A model generated the notes under the pieces. The model made no database searches, was not told the origin of the DNA, and saw nothing but the letters and a program-made list of their open reading frames with translations. Source: Podospora anserina (taxonomy: Eukaryota). Taken from it: a stretch of 64,000 nucleotides of DNA. The position numbers and the translations under genes were made by a program. Numbering within the stretch: position 1 is the first letter of the stretch; the number at the start of each line of letters is the position of its first letter. Location: contig CM030334.1 in NCBI GenBank assembly GCA_017654855.1, positions 1,178,001 to 1,242,000 on the forward strand, in the 5' to 3' direction. Shown in pieces: positions 12,723 to 23,641 of the stretch.

Positions 12723-13507
12723 CGTCTCGGTAGTCGATATTCGTCGTATTGGGTGCTTAGGAGGAGGGTAGCAATGGCGCCAGAGTATCCGAGTCTGTGT
12801 GATGTCGTCTGGTGTGATTCAGTCTCATTCAAACAACATCTCATACTCGTCAGCTTCATCTTCACGGTGGAAGGTTGAACACAGCTTCGTCATATAGTTC
12901 CAAGACCCTACCACCCACCGTCTCTCCGGCCGGCCGTTAGTACGGACGAGGCTGTTCTTGCGTTCACCCCCCTCCTCTCTCCTCTTCTTGGCGGGACAAT
13001 GCCATCCTATGCAACCGAAGTTGGCTAATCCCGGTAATCTGAAAAGCTTGTTTCCTCCTCAACCTCCCATTACTGCAGCGGCTAAACAGCTCTCATGCAG
13101 CATTGACGTCACAGGCCTCGAAACGATGCCCTCCAGCTTGCAAGCCATCATGCCTTTTTTTTGCGCACCCAAAGAAACTTGTTCGGCCCACCCCCCTATG
13201 TCGTCACCCGGCACCAGATTCACGAAGCCGTGGTCTGGTGAGAAGCCGAAGAGCCCCAAAATCATGATTTTTGGTCGTTTCCCGAAGCTATGATGCATAA
13301 GGGGTCTCACTGGACCCTTGGTCGATCCTTGGAACGGCCTTGGTTCAAAGAATCTCTTTAAACCTCATCACCACTAGGCACCACAAGTGATACCTACTCT
13401 TCCCGTCCAAACTTTGCAGCTAGCTTTTTGTTTTGTCCCAGCGTGATCCCAGCATCTATCTCCACCAGAAGCAACACATTGACCTAAAAGAAAACCAGCC
13501 TGTCGCC

Positions 13508-14797
13508 ATGTCGTCGGTAAGTTCTTTCTCTGTTCACTCACCATGCCATCTCAGAGAATGAAGAATCGTAACAAGAAAAAGCAGACTCCAAAGCCCAACG
13601 AGGAGTTCCCCAAGAAAGAGGATGAGACCAAGACCGGGCAGCCCGAGGCTAGCAACCTGCCTCAGACCTCCACAGTTGGTGACAACAAGCCCGAGGACAA
13701 CAAGCCCACGGAAGCTGGCCGTGCTGAGACCGACAAGCAACCTGGAGACAAGCCCCTCGACAATGAAGACTACGACGAGGAGAACCCAGATGAGGAGAAC
13801 GCGGGAGTTCTAGGTGACGACTACCAAGAAGACGAGGACCAGGAAGGCGAAGAGCCATACGACGAGGAGGGAGAAGAGGAAGAGGAGCAGGCTTACGACG
13901 ACGAAGAGCAAGATGATGAGGACGCTGCCTCTGAAGAAGACGAGGAAGAAGAAGAGGAGGAAGTCATCCCTCCACCCCAACCACAGCGACAAAAGAGCAA
14001 CACCACCAAGAAGGGCAAGCCCGCCTCCGTCGTCGACGACCGCAGCAGCACACCCTCTTCCTCCCAGCCTCCCACCCCCAAGGACGATGAGAAGCCCCAG
14101 CCTAAGTGGATGCGCGACCAAAAGAAGAAGAAGCAACGACAGACCGAGTCTGATGTCGACAACAGACAGGTCGACCGCCCTCGCCGCAGGGGGAAGAACG
14201 AGCCATCTTACCGTGAGCAGCAACAGGCGCTGTACCGTCAGCAGCAGCAGCAGCAAATGATGATGCAGCAGCAGCAGCAGCAGCAGGGCGGTGGTGATGG
14301 TGGCGGCAAGAACCCATTGAGGCTCAGACTAGACCTCAATCTGGAGATTGAGATTGAGCTCAAGGCGCATATCCATGGTGATTTGACGCTTGCTTTGCTG
14401 TATGTTTACCTTTCTTTTCATCTTTTCTACCCTTCTTCTTTTGTGGCTTCCCCTGATTCATGGTCCTGGCTTTGTGTCATCATCGCGCATTGGCTTAGTG
14501 GCTTCCACGTGAGCGATACCATGCCGACCAACTCTTTTAACACTTTCTCTCTTCTACTATCACGGATGAACAAGGCAATGAAGGCTCATACACACCGATT
14601 TTCTCGGGGATTTTGTCACAGCAATTAGGGCTATTCAGTTTCACGTCATCAAGAGAAAAGAGAGCAAGATCGGCTAACCACGACGGCGCGTTGTTATCAC
14701 TACAGGGACGGATAAATTGCACTTTTCTTCTTTCCATGATCAGGCGTTGGGAGGTGCAATACCTATGTTGTCAAGGGCTGATGTAATATGCAGATGA
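13508..14797 (+). CDS. Acidic/poly-Q disordered protein ending in LRLRLDLNLEIEIELKAHIHGDLTLALL, paralog of gene C (cluster gene E)
   Basis: Micro-exon ATGTCGTCG followed by GTAAGT at 13508-13516. Main exon runs to 14399. GTATGT donor at 14400 inside the last Leu codon. Candidate acceptor GCTGAT..TGCAG ends at 14793, then A TGA. Confidence 0.83.
14219..14286 (+). repeat. CAG-rich microsatellite encoding poly-Gln in gene E
   Basis: Runs of CAG encoding QQQALYRQQQQQQMMMQQQQQQQ. Confidence 0.8.
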
Positions 14798-15866
14798 TGG
14801 GGGTAGAAAAGGAGATGTCTTGAGTTTTGTCTACCGAGGTCCAGACCTAGCGTTTCCTTTGTCTTATCTTGTGTGGCTTTAAACTGTATTGTAATTTTGT
14901 GTTAGTATGTACTCTATTTATGTTGTAATATGTCTTGCGCTCTATCTGTCCACAGCTCTGTGGTTGTTATTTTTGTCCTACAAGGGGGGTGGGTTGGTGA
15001 AGAGTAGGTAGCCATAGAGCTGCTGAAGGTAGAGTGGTCGTCGGCAACCCGCATCAAGCTATGGCCACCGCTACCGAGCGTTTGGGTGTCTTTGTTCCTC
15101 GATCAGCGGGAGGTTAGACAAACAAAGATGGTTTAATATCCAGTAGATTGCCGAACCCCAGTTGTTCCGGGTTGTCGGGTCCAGTGCCAAGTCGCGAACA
15201 TTGACAAGGGAAGGAAGTCGATGATGACTTTGTGTAACGCTGCCATCAAACGTGCAACTATATCGAACTGCGTATATTGTAGACGTAAACCATGAGAATA
15301 CCCATTGTCAGCAGGCAAAATCTCCACTCGTGTCTGCTTGGTGCATATGAGGTGTCATGGTTGCCGGCTGCCTTCTTTGCAGCGCGCGCTGCTGCAGTGG
15401 AATGGAGATGAAGGCCTTTCGGCGCTCCGCAGCCTTGGGATGGTGATAGCTTCACTCCGCTTCCAAGGCCGGCTCTCTTTTGCTCGAATTCGTCTGATCA
15501 GTAGGTCGAGTTGCTGTTTCCCGTTTGACACTAAAACTGCCGTATCTAACACCTGGCGCAGTCTCAGTGCACACTGGCCAGCACGTTCCGTCATCTTCAT
15601 CGGATTGCATTCTCTTCTCATACCTGAAGGACACGGTGGTGTCCCATTTCTGCGCGTGACATTTGCCAACGTGGCCAAGAGGCCACCCCTTTTGGTTGAG
15701 CTTCGCCGTGCCAGTTTTTCCCTGCTGCAACAGAGCTGCCACGGGTATCTCGATTCTCGAGCCACTTCGCGCTTCTTCCGCTCCGACCTTCTCACTGCAC
15801 GCTCACGAAGAGCTCTACCACTCGCTGCCAATTTGACGTTCCCGATTCCCTCATACTCTTGCAACA

Positions 15867-16410
15867 ATGCCCACCTCTCCGCAGGCCGATAGCACCGAGC
15901 CCGAGACCACTGCGATCACCGACCCGACCGAGCCACCAAGCTGCATTGCCTGCGAAAGCACCACGAGGAGAGTATGGACTTGCATCCAGTGCGGTTTCAA
16001 CTTCTGCGATGATTGCTGGGGAAAAGAACGTCCTCACAAGCCCCGCGTCATGGGCACCGGCGGCCGTCCCCACGAAAAGGTCAATCTTGGGTGTGGCCAA
16101 GCGCCTCGAATATATCTTCCGCAACAAGGAGGTTGAGGACCTAGACGGAGAGTTTGCCATAGATGCGAAGAACAAGTGGTTCGGCATAGATCAGGGTAGC
16201 GATGGGTTGACGTTCAACTACACAGATCGCTTGACCGACCTCAGCATACTGGAGAGTAACGACCACAATGCCGCTGATCGCTTCCCACATCTGGTTTTAT
16301 TTGTTGGCAAGATCGGTACGTCCTCATTATCAAAGACAGTATGGATCGAGATACCTACTGATACTTGATCCTAAATACCCATCTAGGCGCGGTTAAAACT
16401 GCTTGTGAAG
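15867..16410 (+). pseudogene. Truncated, frameshifted 5' fragment of a Zn-ribbon/P-loop/patatin-family gene (paralog of 24614-29060)
   Basis: CIACESTTRRVWTCIQCGFNFCDDCWGKERPH...RPHEKVN, frameshift near 16091, then KRLEYIF...KWFGID...DRFPHLVLFVGKIG. Homology stops at the P-loop, just after the intron at about 16316-16386. Confidence 0.8.
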
Positions 16411-16592
16411 GGTGTGGGCTAGACAGACAGTTTGATGGTATATTTGCGTGGGAGAGCCTTTGGTTGCCAGTACCTTGATGTAAATGTGCTAGATTTCCTG
16501 GATAGCAGGAGGCCAGATACATAATTTAAAGTTTCTTACCTGAGTCTTATGTTAAATCCAGGTACATGAACACCCTAGGATCACTTGCACTT

Positions 16593-16840
16593 ATTTTATC
16601 CCAGCTAGACAACGACTTTATCCGAGCTAACTATCGATCCTGTCCCCAGCTAGCCAGCGACTTTATCCCAGCTAGCCAGCGACTTTATCCCAGCTAGCCA
16701 GCGACTTTATCCTAGCTAACCACTAAATTAGATAACAATGCCGTAAGTTATGATCAAGCGATTTACATGTTGGGATGGAATTATCTAAACGTTGGGATAA
16801 ATGGTGTCTTGAGCCGGGACGAAGGCCAGGGGACGAGAAA
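16593..16840. repeat. 22-bp tandem array followed by degenerate inverted copies (foldback/MITE-like relic)
   Basis: About 6 copies of GACTTTATCCCAGCTAGCCAGC at about 16593-16722. Reverse-oriented cores GGGATGGA, GGGATAAA, GGGACGAA and GGGACGAG follow at about 16771-16837. Confidence 0.7.
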
Positions 16841-17532
16841 TTGACATAACGGGCACTGAGCAGATATGAAACATAGGTATGTAGGTACCAGGTATGAGTT
16901 GCAAGCCACTGACTACCTAATTCCTATCTTCATTATCCATGCATTTGATTCCCAGTAAGTGTGATTGATACCAATGTCAAAACCACCGGATAGATCTCAT
17001 CATTTAATGGTTCAACAATTTGAACTTTTCCCTCTCAGATGAACTCCGCCTGGCTTGATCACTGTTTCGAGTCCGGCAACATTGCTCCTACAGTTTTCCA
17101 CACTATATTTGCTACCTTAGCTCAGCCTGTTCATGAATGGCTGTCGGTGCTTCCTGCTGTCTCTTGACCCCATTCCAAAGATTCATTTCATGGAGCGTTT
17201 TACCAAGGTCACGTTATGCCTTGCAACATGACTGATGCTCAATATCTCCCTGGTGGAGGAGATGAACAAGGTCAGCGCCGATAGTGAATCTTGAGGTTTT
17301 GGGGTACTTGGTCCTGTCCGCTTTGGGTTGCTGAGGGGTTTGGTGTATGGAAAGATGCTGGTTGGACTGGCTGAGGAGCATGGTGATGGGTGGGGTGGCT
17401 TGGCAGAGGTTGGTCTCGGATCCATTCTTTTGTGGGTTCAGGTAGGTAGCTACCAGGTAGCTAGTCAACGTCCACATGAAGTTGTAGGTGGCCTCGACAG
17501 CTCAGCGGCCCATCGAAACTCACACACCCATC

Positions 17533-19406
17533 TCAAAAATGCTTAACGTACTTCTCCAACGGTTCTATCACAGAGATCAACACCTCTTGAACGAACTCGG
17601 CTTTCCCCAGGTCTGGTGTGTCGACAAAGTTGACACCGACACACCTCGCAATGACATCCGCCAGCTCCGGCCCATGTGTCATTTCCACCTCCTCCTGCCA
17701 CTCCTGCGCCGCCCGCCAATGTGTCCAATCATTCGCCGACCCATCGGAGTTACAGTGAGCTTTGTAGTAGGGTTGGTCTTCGATGCGTTCCTGAAAGAGG
17801 AGCTGGAGGAGAGTCGTTCCAAGTGTGAAAATAGTCATCTGTGCGTGTTCTCTGGCGTTGGACACTTGTCGCTCCAGTGCCGAGCGGATAGAAGTGTGGT
17901 TGAAGTAAACCTTGGGGGGTGTATTTCTGACAACCTGGACATCGCGATCATCCCAGGCTTGGGGGATCCAGGCGGATGTTCCCAGTCCGAGAATGGTGTA
18001 GGCAAGCTTGATGCCTATGCGAATACGCTCGCTGAGAAGAAGGGAGGCTGGCTTGCGAAAGTCCACTAGTGTTTGTATACTTGACTTTAACGAGGACTCT
18101 GTCTCACTTGGATGTTGTCGTTTAGCACTTAGAGTGATTGTGTTGTCCTCATAGTGAATGGTGTCTCCATGTTGCTCCAGCACAGATATGGGATTTTTCA
18201 GGAGGTTGCAACCAACTCGGAGCTTCTTTGGGACAGGCGATGCTGCCTCAGGAAGTTTGGGTACTGCATGGCGTTGTGCCGAATCTGGTTTTGCGAGCTT
18301 TGCCGTTTTCCTAGGCATCCAGATGGGGTCTATGATGGATTGACGTGGATTTACCGCGGTTTGGAAGCTCGAGAGTGCGAGCACCGTGGAATTCTGCTGT
18401 TTCCCTGCCTTGACATGCATCTCGAACCCGGCATCCAGCCGTATGCGAGCGGTTAGGTCTGCCACCTGATCGAACAAGGGCTCAGCATTGCCGCTCCCGT
18501 CACAGGTAGAGTCCACTCCAGCAGAGACTTCGACGCCTACTTCCACAGGCATGTTTGGTGGCTCATTTGAACCCAGAAACAGGTTGATAGCCCCCCTTCC
18601 TGGCTGTTTTGCGTGGTGATCAAACCAGACCGTAGCTATCCCACACGGATGAAGAGTTTGACACCTGCAAAGCCAACTTTCAGGTCGAAAAGCCCTGTAG
18701 AGCTGAGCCGTCTTAGACTGCATGTCAAGATAAGGAGCCGTGGCAGCTAGGCATGCTTTCCACTCCTCCTTGCCCATGATAGCTGGTGCAAGCAATGTGG
18801 CTTGCGCTATACGAAGGTCCGCCTCGAGAAATCGGCTGATTTGTGTGTTTATCGTGGTTACTTCTTTCATCAGATCCCGCTTTTTTGTGAAGCTAACAGC
18901 CAGTCTCAGAATTGCAAAATCAACAGTCCCCGAACGTGGGATGTGAATCTAGAGGTGAACATTGTGTCAGAATCCATCATGGTCCTCGCTGAACGTGACC
19001 ATTCCTAACGTACCTTTCCGTCTTGTATGGGCATCAACAGAGTACAAATCTCTTCCAGAATTTGGTTCAGACGGCGAAGCTTTTCCATGAACCACACCAA
19101 CTTTTCTCTGCCAAGTCGAGCCTTCAGCATCGATCGGAGCTTTGAATCGTGCCATCCTCTCGAATGCGCGTTGTTCAAGAGGTCTGACTCTGTGGCGGCA
19201 TCCAAGGCCAAAGGTCGTAAGAGAAGTTCCACGTTCTGTCGAAATGCAATGAGTTCATCTTCGACGGCAGAAATAAAGTCGGGGAATTGTGATGAAAACT
19301 TCCACCAGAACTTTGTCATCTGAAGATAACCCCGCACTAGCTTCCCACCGTCGATGATGAGTGGAAAAGTGCCGAGGACGACACCGGCCACTTCGAGGCC
19401 AGACAT
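17533..19406 (-). CDS. Protein with HeLo-like N-terminal helical domain and degenerate kinase-like C-terminal domain (DUF7580-type)
   Basis: Starts MSGLEVAGVVLGTFPLII, typical of fungal N-terminal cell-death-like helical domains. Intron at about 18949-19012. C-terminus ERIRIGIKLAYTILGL..AWIPQAW..IFTLGTTLLQL..ADVIARCV resembles a kinase C-lobe without HRD/DFG. Domain names are from recall. Confidence 0.75.
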
Positions 19407-19698
19407 GTGGATTAAGGTTGATGGGCTCCGATACCTTGACGAAATTATAAAGGCGAATTTCAAGTTCCCCCCGGATACCTCCCAGACTTTCTTCTGTCAA
19501 TCTTCGACGACAGCTTTATTGTGGAGGGGTGCGTTCCGGTCATGCACGTCGGTGCAAATACTACCCGCCCCAATCGAAGAGGGGTAAGCGTCAGCACCTT
19601 GCGGGGGCTTGCCGATGTCGAAGGTCATCTTCACCAGTGTTTCATATCATCTGTGTCGATTTTCAACTCTGTTAAAGTACCGAAGAAGCCCCTCGAAC

Positions 19699-22088
19699 AT
19701 GTCACAAATATCAGAGTACGTTGACCCCGAACTTTTGTTTGACTCAGCGAGGCATTGTTGGGCAAATTTCGAACACTTAATTCAAATCCTTCCGCGAGAT
19801 CACCAGCATACCATCACAGCACACGATGCCCAGGGCCGCTTCAGTGTCTGGAGACAGGATCTGGAGGGGTTACAAGACGAGCTACTTTGGAACTCGACAG
19901 ATGAACGGAAACAGGATGCTCACAATGCCATTTACAATGCCCTCCTAAATCTTAACAGTGCCCTGAACGACGGTATGGAAACTCCCTCTCCAAGGTGGCC
20001 GTTTCAGCTTCTAACTCCTGCCCTTCATCTACCCACATTAGTTGGATCGATATTTTCCGAAGAGCAGCCGGGCAGTCAAGAAGATGATCTCATGTCTCTG
20101 CTGGGAGATGAAGAGCAAGCAGACCCAGAGAACGCAGAACTCGTTGCGTTTCTTTCCTCGCCAACAACTCGAATTGATGAACTTTTTTTCAGTATTCGGT
20201 CTCATATAGACCGTTTGTTCAAGCTGGCCTCCTTGTTGCGACGCGAAATTCATCATGAAAGCAGCAGTCTAGCTACAATACCTGTTCCGGCACCAGGAGA
20301 CGATTTCATCTATGATTATCACATGTGCCGCCTCCAAAGAAAATATCCGAAGCTATCTCAACAGCCTCGGCTTTGCAAGACACTTGGACAGGCCCTTTTA
20401 TTCCGGCGCGCGTTAATTCTTAGGAAGAGCAAAACGAAAGACCGACATACGCCAGAAATAAGCCCTCAACTGGAGCTGAGGAGCCTACCTACGTTGTTAT
20501 CAGGCAACGAGTCAAAGTCAAAATCTCCAGCCCCGTCTATGACCCCAAAGGAGAGCACGGCAATCAACACATCTGCAACCGAAAAGGATGCAACTCCTAC
20601 GTATGATACGGACACTGGGACCGAACGAGTTGTCTTCGAGGAAGACAATGGTGGGCTGGAGGTAGCAGACTTGACCACATTTGTCATTGATGGGATCCCT
20701 CTTCAGTTCGGCAAACCTTTTCAGTGTCCGTTCTGTGGTGTCATCAAATCAATTGGCACACGGTCCGAATGGAGGTATGTTGATTGTTTGACAGCAGGCT
20801 TGCAGTCTTTTATTTCTACGACTGGGTGCTAATTTGGAATTGTCTGTTTAGGCAGCACGTGTCTGAGGACCTCAAACCTTACGTCTGTACGTCCCAGCAA
20901 TGCGGATCGGGTCTGTTTGCAAGTCGACGCGAGTGGTTTAGCCACGAACTTGAGTTTCACAGAAGCACCTGGAAGTGTCAGCCCTGTCACGTAAGGTTTC
21001 TGTCTCGATCGACTCTGATGCAGCACCTTAACACCAAGCACCAATCCCAAAACTTGAAAACCAGCGATATTTTGGCCATGGTTCAAACAAAAAGAGACTC
21101 CTCTACTAGATCCTGCCCACTGTGTGACGAATGGACAACGCAAGAGACGGAGAGGGACAGCACGAGCTTTTGCCAGCATCTGGGAAGGCATTTGCAGCAG
21201 ATTGCACTGGAGGCGATACCACCGCTAAAAGGGATGGAAGCAATACCATTGATATCGCCTAGGCTCCTTGACCAGAGCGCGATCTTGCGGTTGCAGCCAG
21301 TGCAGAAAGTGGAAGCAGATATGAGGCTTCTTGGAATCGACCACCCTGACACTTTGAAGAGTATGACCAGGTTGGTATGGGAGTTGACTGACAGTGAAGA
21401 GTACTCGGTTGCTGAGCAGTTGGCGTTGAAAACGTTTGAAATGAGTAAACAGGCGCTAGGGGAGGACCATCGCGAGACACTCTACAGAATGTGTACGCTC
21501 GCTGAGGTATATCGTCGTACCCATGACACCAAACACGAATCGGAATCTCTGGCACTACAAGGGCTTGAGGCGGCAAAAAGAGTGCATGGAGAGAATGATC
21601 CCAGCGTGGCAAATTTCCTATCTGTACTAGGAGAGATTTACACGGACCTGGGTCGGTTATCGCTTGCCGCTGACGCACAAAACAAAGAGCTGAGGATATA
21701 CATGGAGAACTTTGGAGGAGAAGATCCCAGCACTATGCACTGTATGGACAAGCTATCAGACACATTACTGGACGACAAGAGGTACACAGAGGCGGAGCAT
21801 TTCGCCCTCCAAGCCTTCGAACTGCGAAAGAGGGCGTTTGGACCGGATCACACGGAAACTCTGGTCAATATGTACAATCTGGCATTGATTTGGCACGCCA
21901 TGGGCCGCTACGATGAAGCAATCCAGTTGCTGGAGGACTATATTCACAAACAGCAGAACATCCTAGGAGAAGAATCTACTACAGACATCGAGACGTGGCA
22001 GATGTTGCTGGAAAGTTGGAAGGCCCGTCAAGTCTCCAGCCAACCACAGAATGCCAGGCGAGGTAAATCGCGAAGTGGCGGTCAGTAA
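19699..22088 (+). CDS. N-terminal helical domain + C2H2 zinc fingers + C-terminal TPR (kinesin-light-chain-like) repeats
   Basis: MSQISEY...GRFSVW...IDRLFKLASLLR. Zinc motifs FQCPFC..WRQHVSEDLKPYVC..C..WFSHE..H, CQPC..HLNTKH and CPLC..HLGRHL. 42-aa repeats LGIDHPDT, LGEDHRET, HGENDPS, FGGEDPST, FGPDHTET. Introns at about 19973-20041 and 20775-20851. Confidence 0.88.
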
Positions 22089-22367
22089 AATATTGGAGCT
22101 AGACAGCGTACTATACGATGCCCATCATACTCAGCTCAAGGGCTGCGGAAGCTGGGTTACCGAACTGCAAACCCAGGATGCCACTACTATAGCTCCAATA
22201 ATAATCAAGTTCAGTCAAGCTGGTGTATCTCAGTAAATACTACGTCTCTATCCGGGTCTCGGTGAGATTATGTCCTCGTACATATTTTCAACCATGAAGC
22301 CGCCGGGGCCGGAAATATTGGCCATCAGCCCCAACTTTAATAGCAACACATTCTTACCCAAGCTATC

Positions 22368-22486
22368 ACATACGACCATAGACAGCTGAAAATACGGCAT
22401 CCCGTCCGCTCTGCCCGAGTCAAACAGCTGATCGCCGGACTAGTACTCAGGTGGGTGACCACTGGGGAATCCCTGGTGTTGTATGT
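22368..22486 (+). rRNA. Dispersed 5S rRNA gene
   Basis: ACATACGACCATA...CCCGTCCGCTCTGCCC...TAGTACTCAGGTGGGTGACCACTGGGGAATCCCTGGTGTTGTATGT, 119 nt with complementary ends. TTTT terminator follows. TATA-like TTTAATAG about 30 bp upstream. Confidence 0.95.
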
Positions 22487-23043
22487 TTTGGTGAATTTTT
22501 GGCTCCACTCAATGCCCCTTTTAACCCCTTCTAATCCCTGCTCTTGGTCTTCGCGGAGCCGACAGATACCATCCACCAACAGCTCCCCATCTTTGATCTG
22601 AACATTTCCAGTTACCTTCACAGCCCCCAGAATTATCGCGGCAACGGAAGTCCTGACCGACATTTCAAGATAGTTGAAACTCGCTAACGTTAATGAGAAT
22701 CATTGCAGATGTGGGTATGTTGTTGGTTGCTAGTTGCACAACCAACCCATCATCACACCCCTGTTCCAAGGTTACATAGGAGCTGACTATTGCTACAGAA
22801 ATCATCATATGTCCTAATATGGAAATGTTCGTGACTAGGCTTTGTGTAATGCATTGATATTCAACAACCAACAACCACATCGCCCTAACCAGACCTCGCA
22901 ACCCTTGTATCTTGCCCCCGTGTTGTTGCCGGTGTATGGAATCCTCTGTATAAGATCCCGAAAAGACGCCTTTCAAACCCAATTCTTTGAACTCTTCATC
23001 AGCTGATCAGACCTTTATTTCTGTACTATCTTGAAACCTCAAC

Positions 23044-23641
23044 ATGGGCCAATGCCAATCCATCAACGCCCAACCTGGCGAAGGCTGCTTGTACGTCTAC
23101 CACTTTCAACTGGATTCCCCTCTTTGACATCAATTCGCCTCACTAAACCTCTCCCACAAAGTGAACTAGCCCAACGTTGCCGCATCTCGCAATACGACTT
23201 TGACCGCTTCAACCCCAACGTCTGTAGGAACATCTACGTCGGCATGCGCATGTGCTGCACCCAACCCGTCTGCTGCCTCTCCCCACCATCGAGTCGCCGG
23301 CGGACGGTACCCCCACCGCCAACCATCGAGCTATCGCCCCCGCCCCCCGCTGGTGGGTCGTGCGAGACTTACACCGTGAAGGGCGGGGACACCTGTGAGG
23401 ATATCGCTTCTGCTTTTGGGGTCTCGGAGGATGGGCTTGATAGGATTAATGTCTTTACTTCTGGTTGGGGAGGGTGTTCTGCTCTTGTGGACGGGACGGT
23501 GATTTGTGAGTGTCTGGTTCTCTTTTGTGGTTTCTATGGCGGCTGTAAGTACCTATTCAGTGCGGATTTGCTAACATGGCTTTTCTGTCAGGCGTTAAGG
23601 AGTCTGTACCGGATGACGAGTCGGAGTTGAGGAAGTTGTAA
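23044..23641 (+). CDS. Small two-LysM-domain protein with Pro-rich linker, no evident signal peptide
   Basis: MGQCQSINAQPGEGCF/ELAQRCRISQYDFDRFNPNVC...CC, then CETYTVKGGDTCEDIASAFGVSEDGLDRIN..GWGGC..GTVIC/VKESVPDDESELRKL*. Introns at 23091-23161 and about 23506-23591. Confidence 0.82.

Noticed and set aside
14400-14628. Hydrophobic C-terminal extension of ORF 13543-14628 as the main product
   Set aside because: It begins at a GTATGT donor at the same position as the paralog's intron, so it is most likely intron read-through.
16593-16722. CRISPR-like array
   Set aside because: Contiguous tandem units with no unique spacers, no cas genes, eukaryotic context.
17183-17477. Short minus-strand ORFs after the HeLo-like gene
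   Set aside because: No recognisable domain; possibly 3' UTR or relic sequence.
22337-22663. 108-aa minus-strand ORF
   Set aside because: Overlaps the 5S rRNA gene in antisense; no coding signal.
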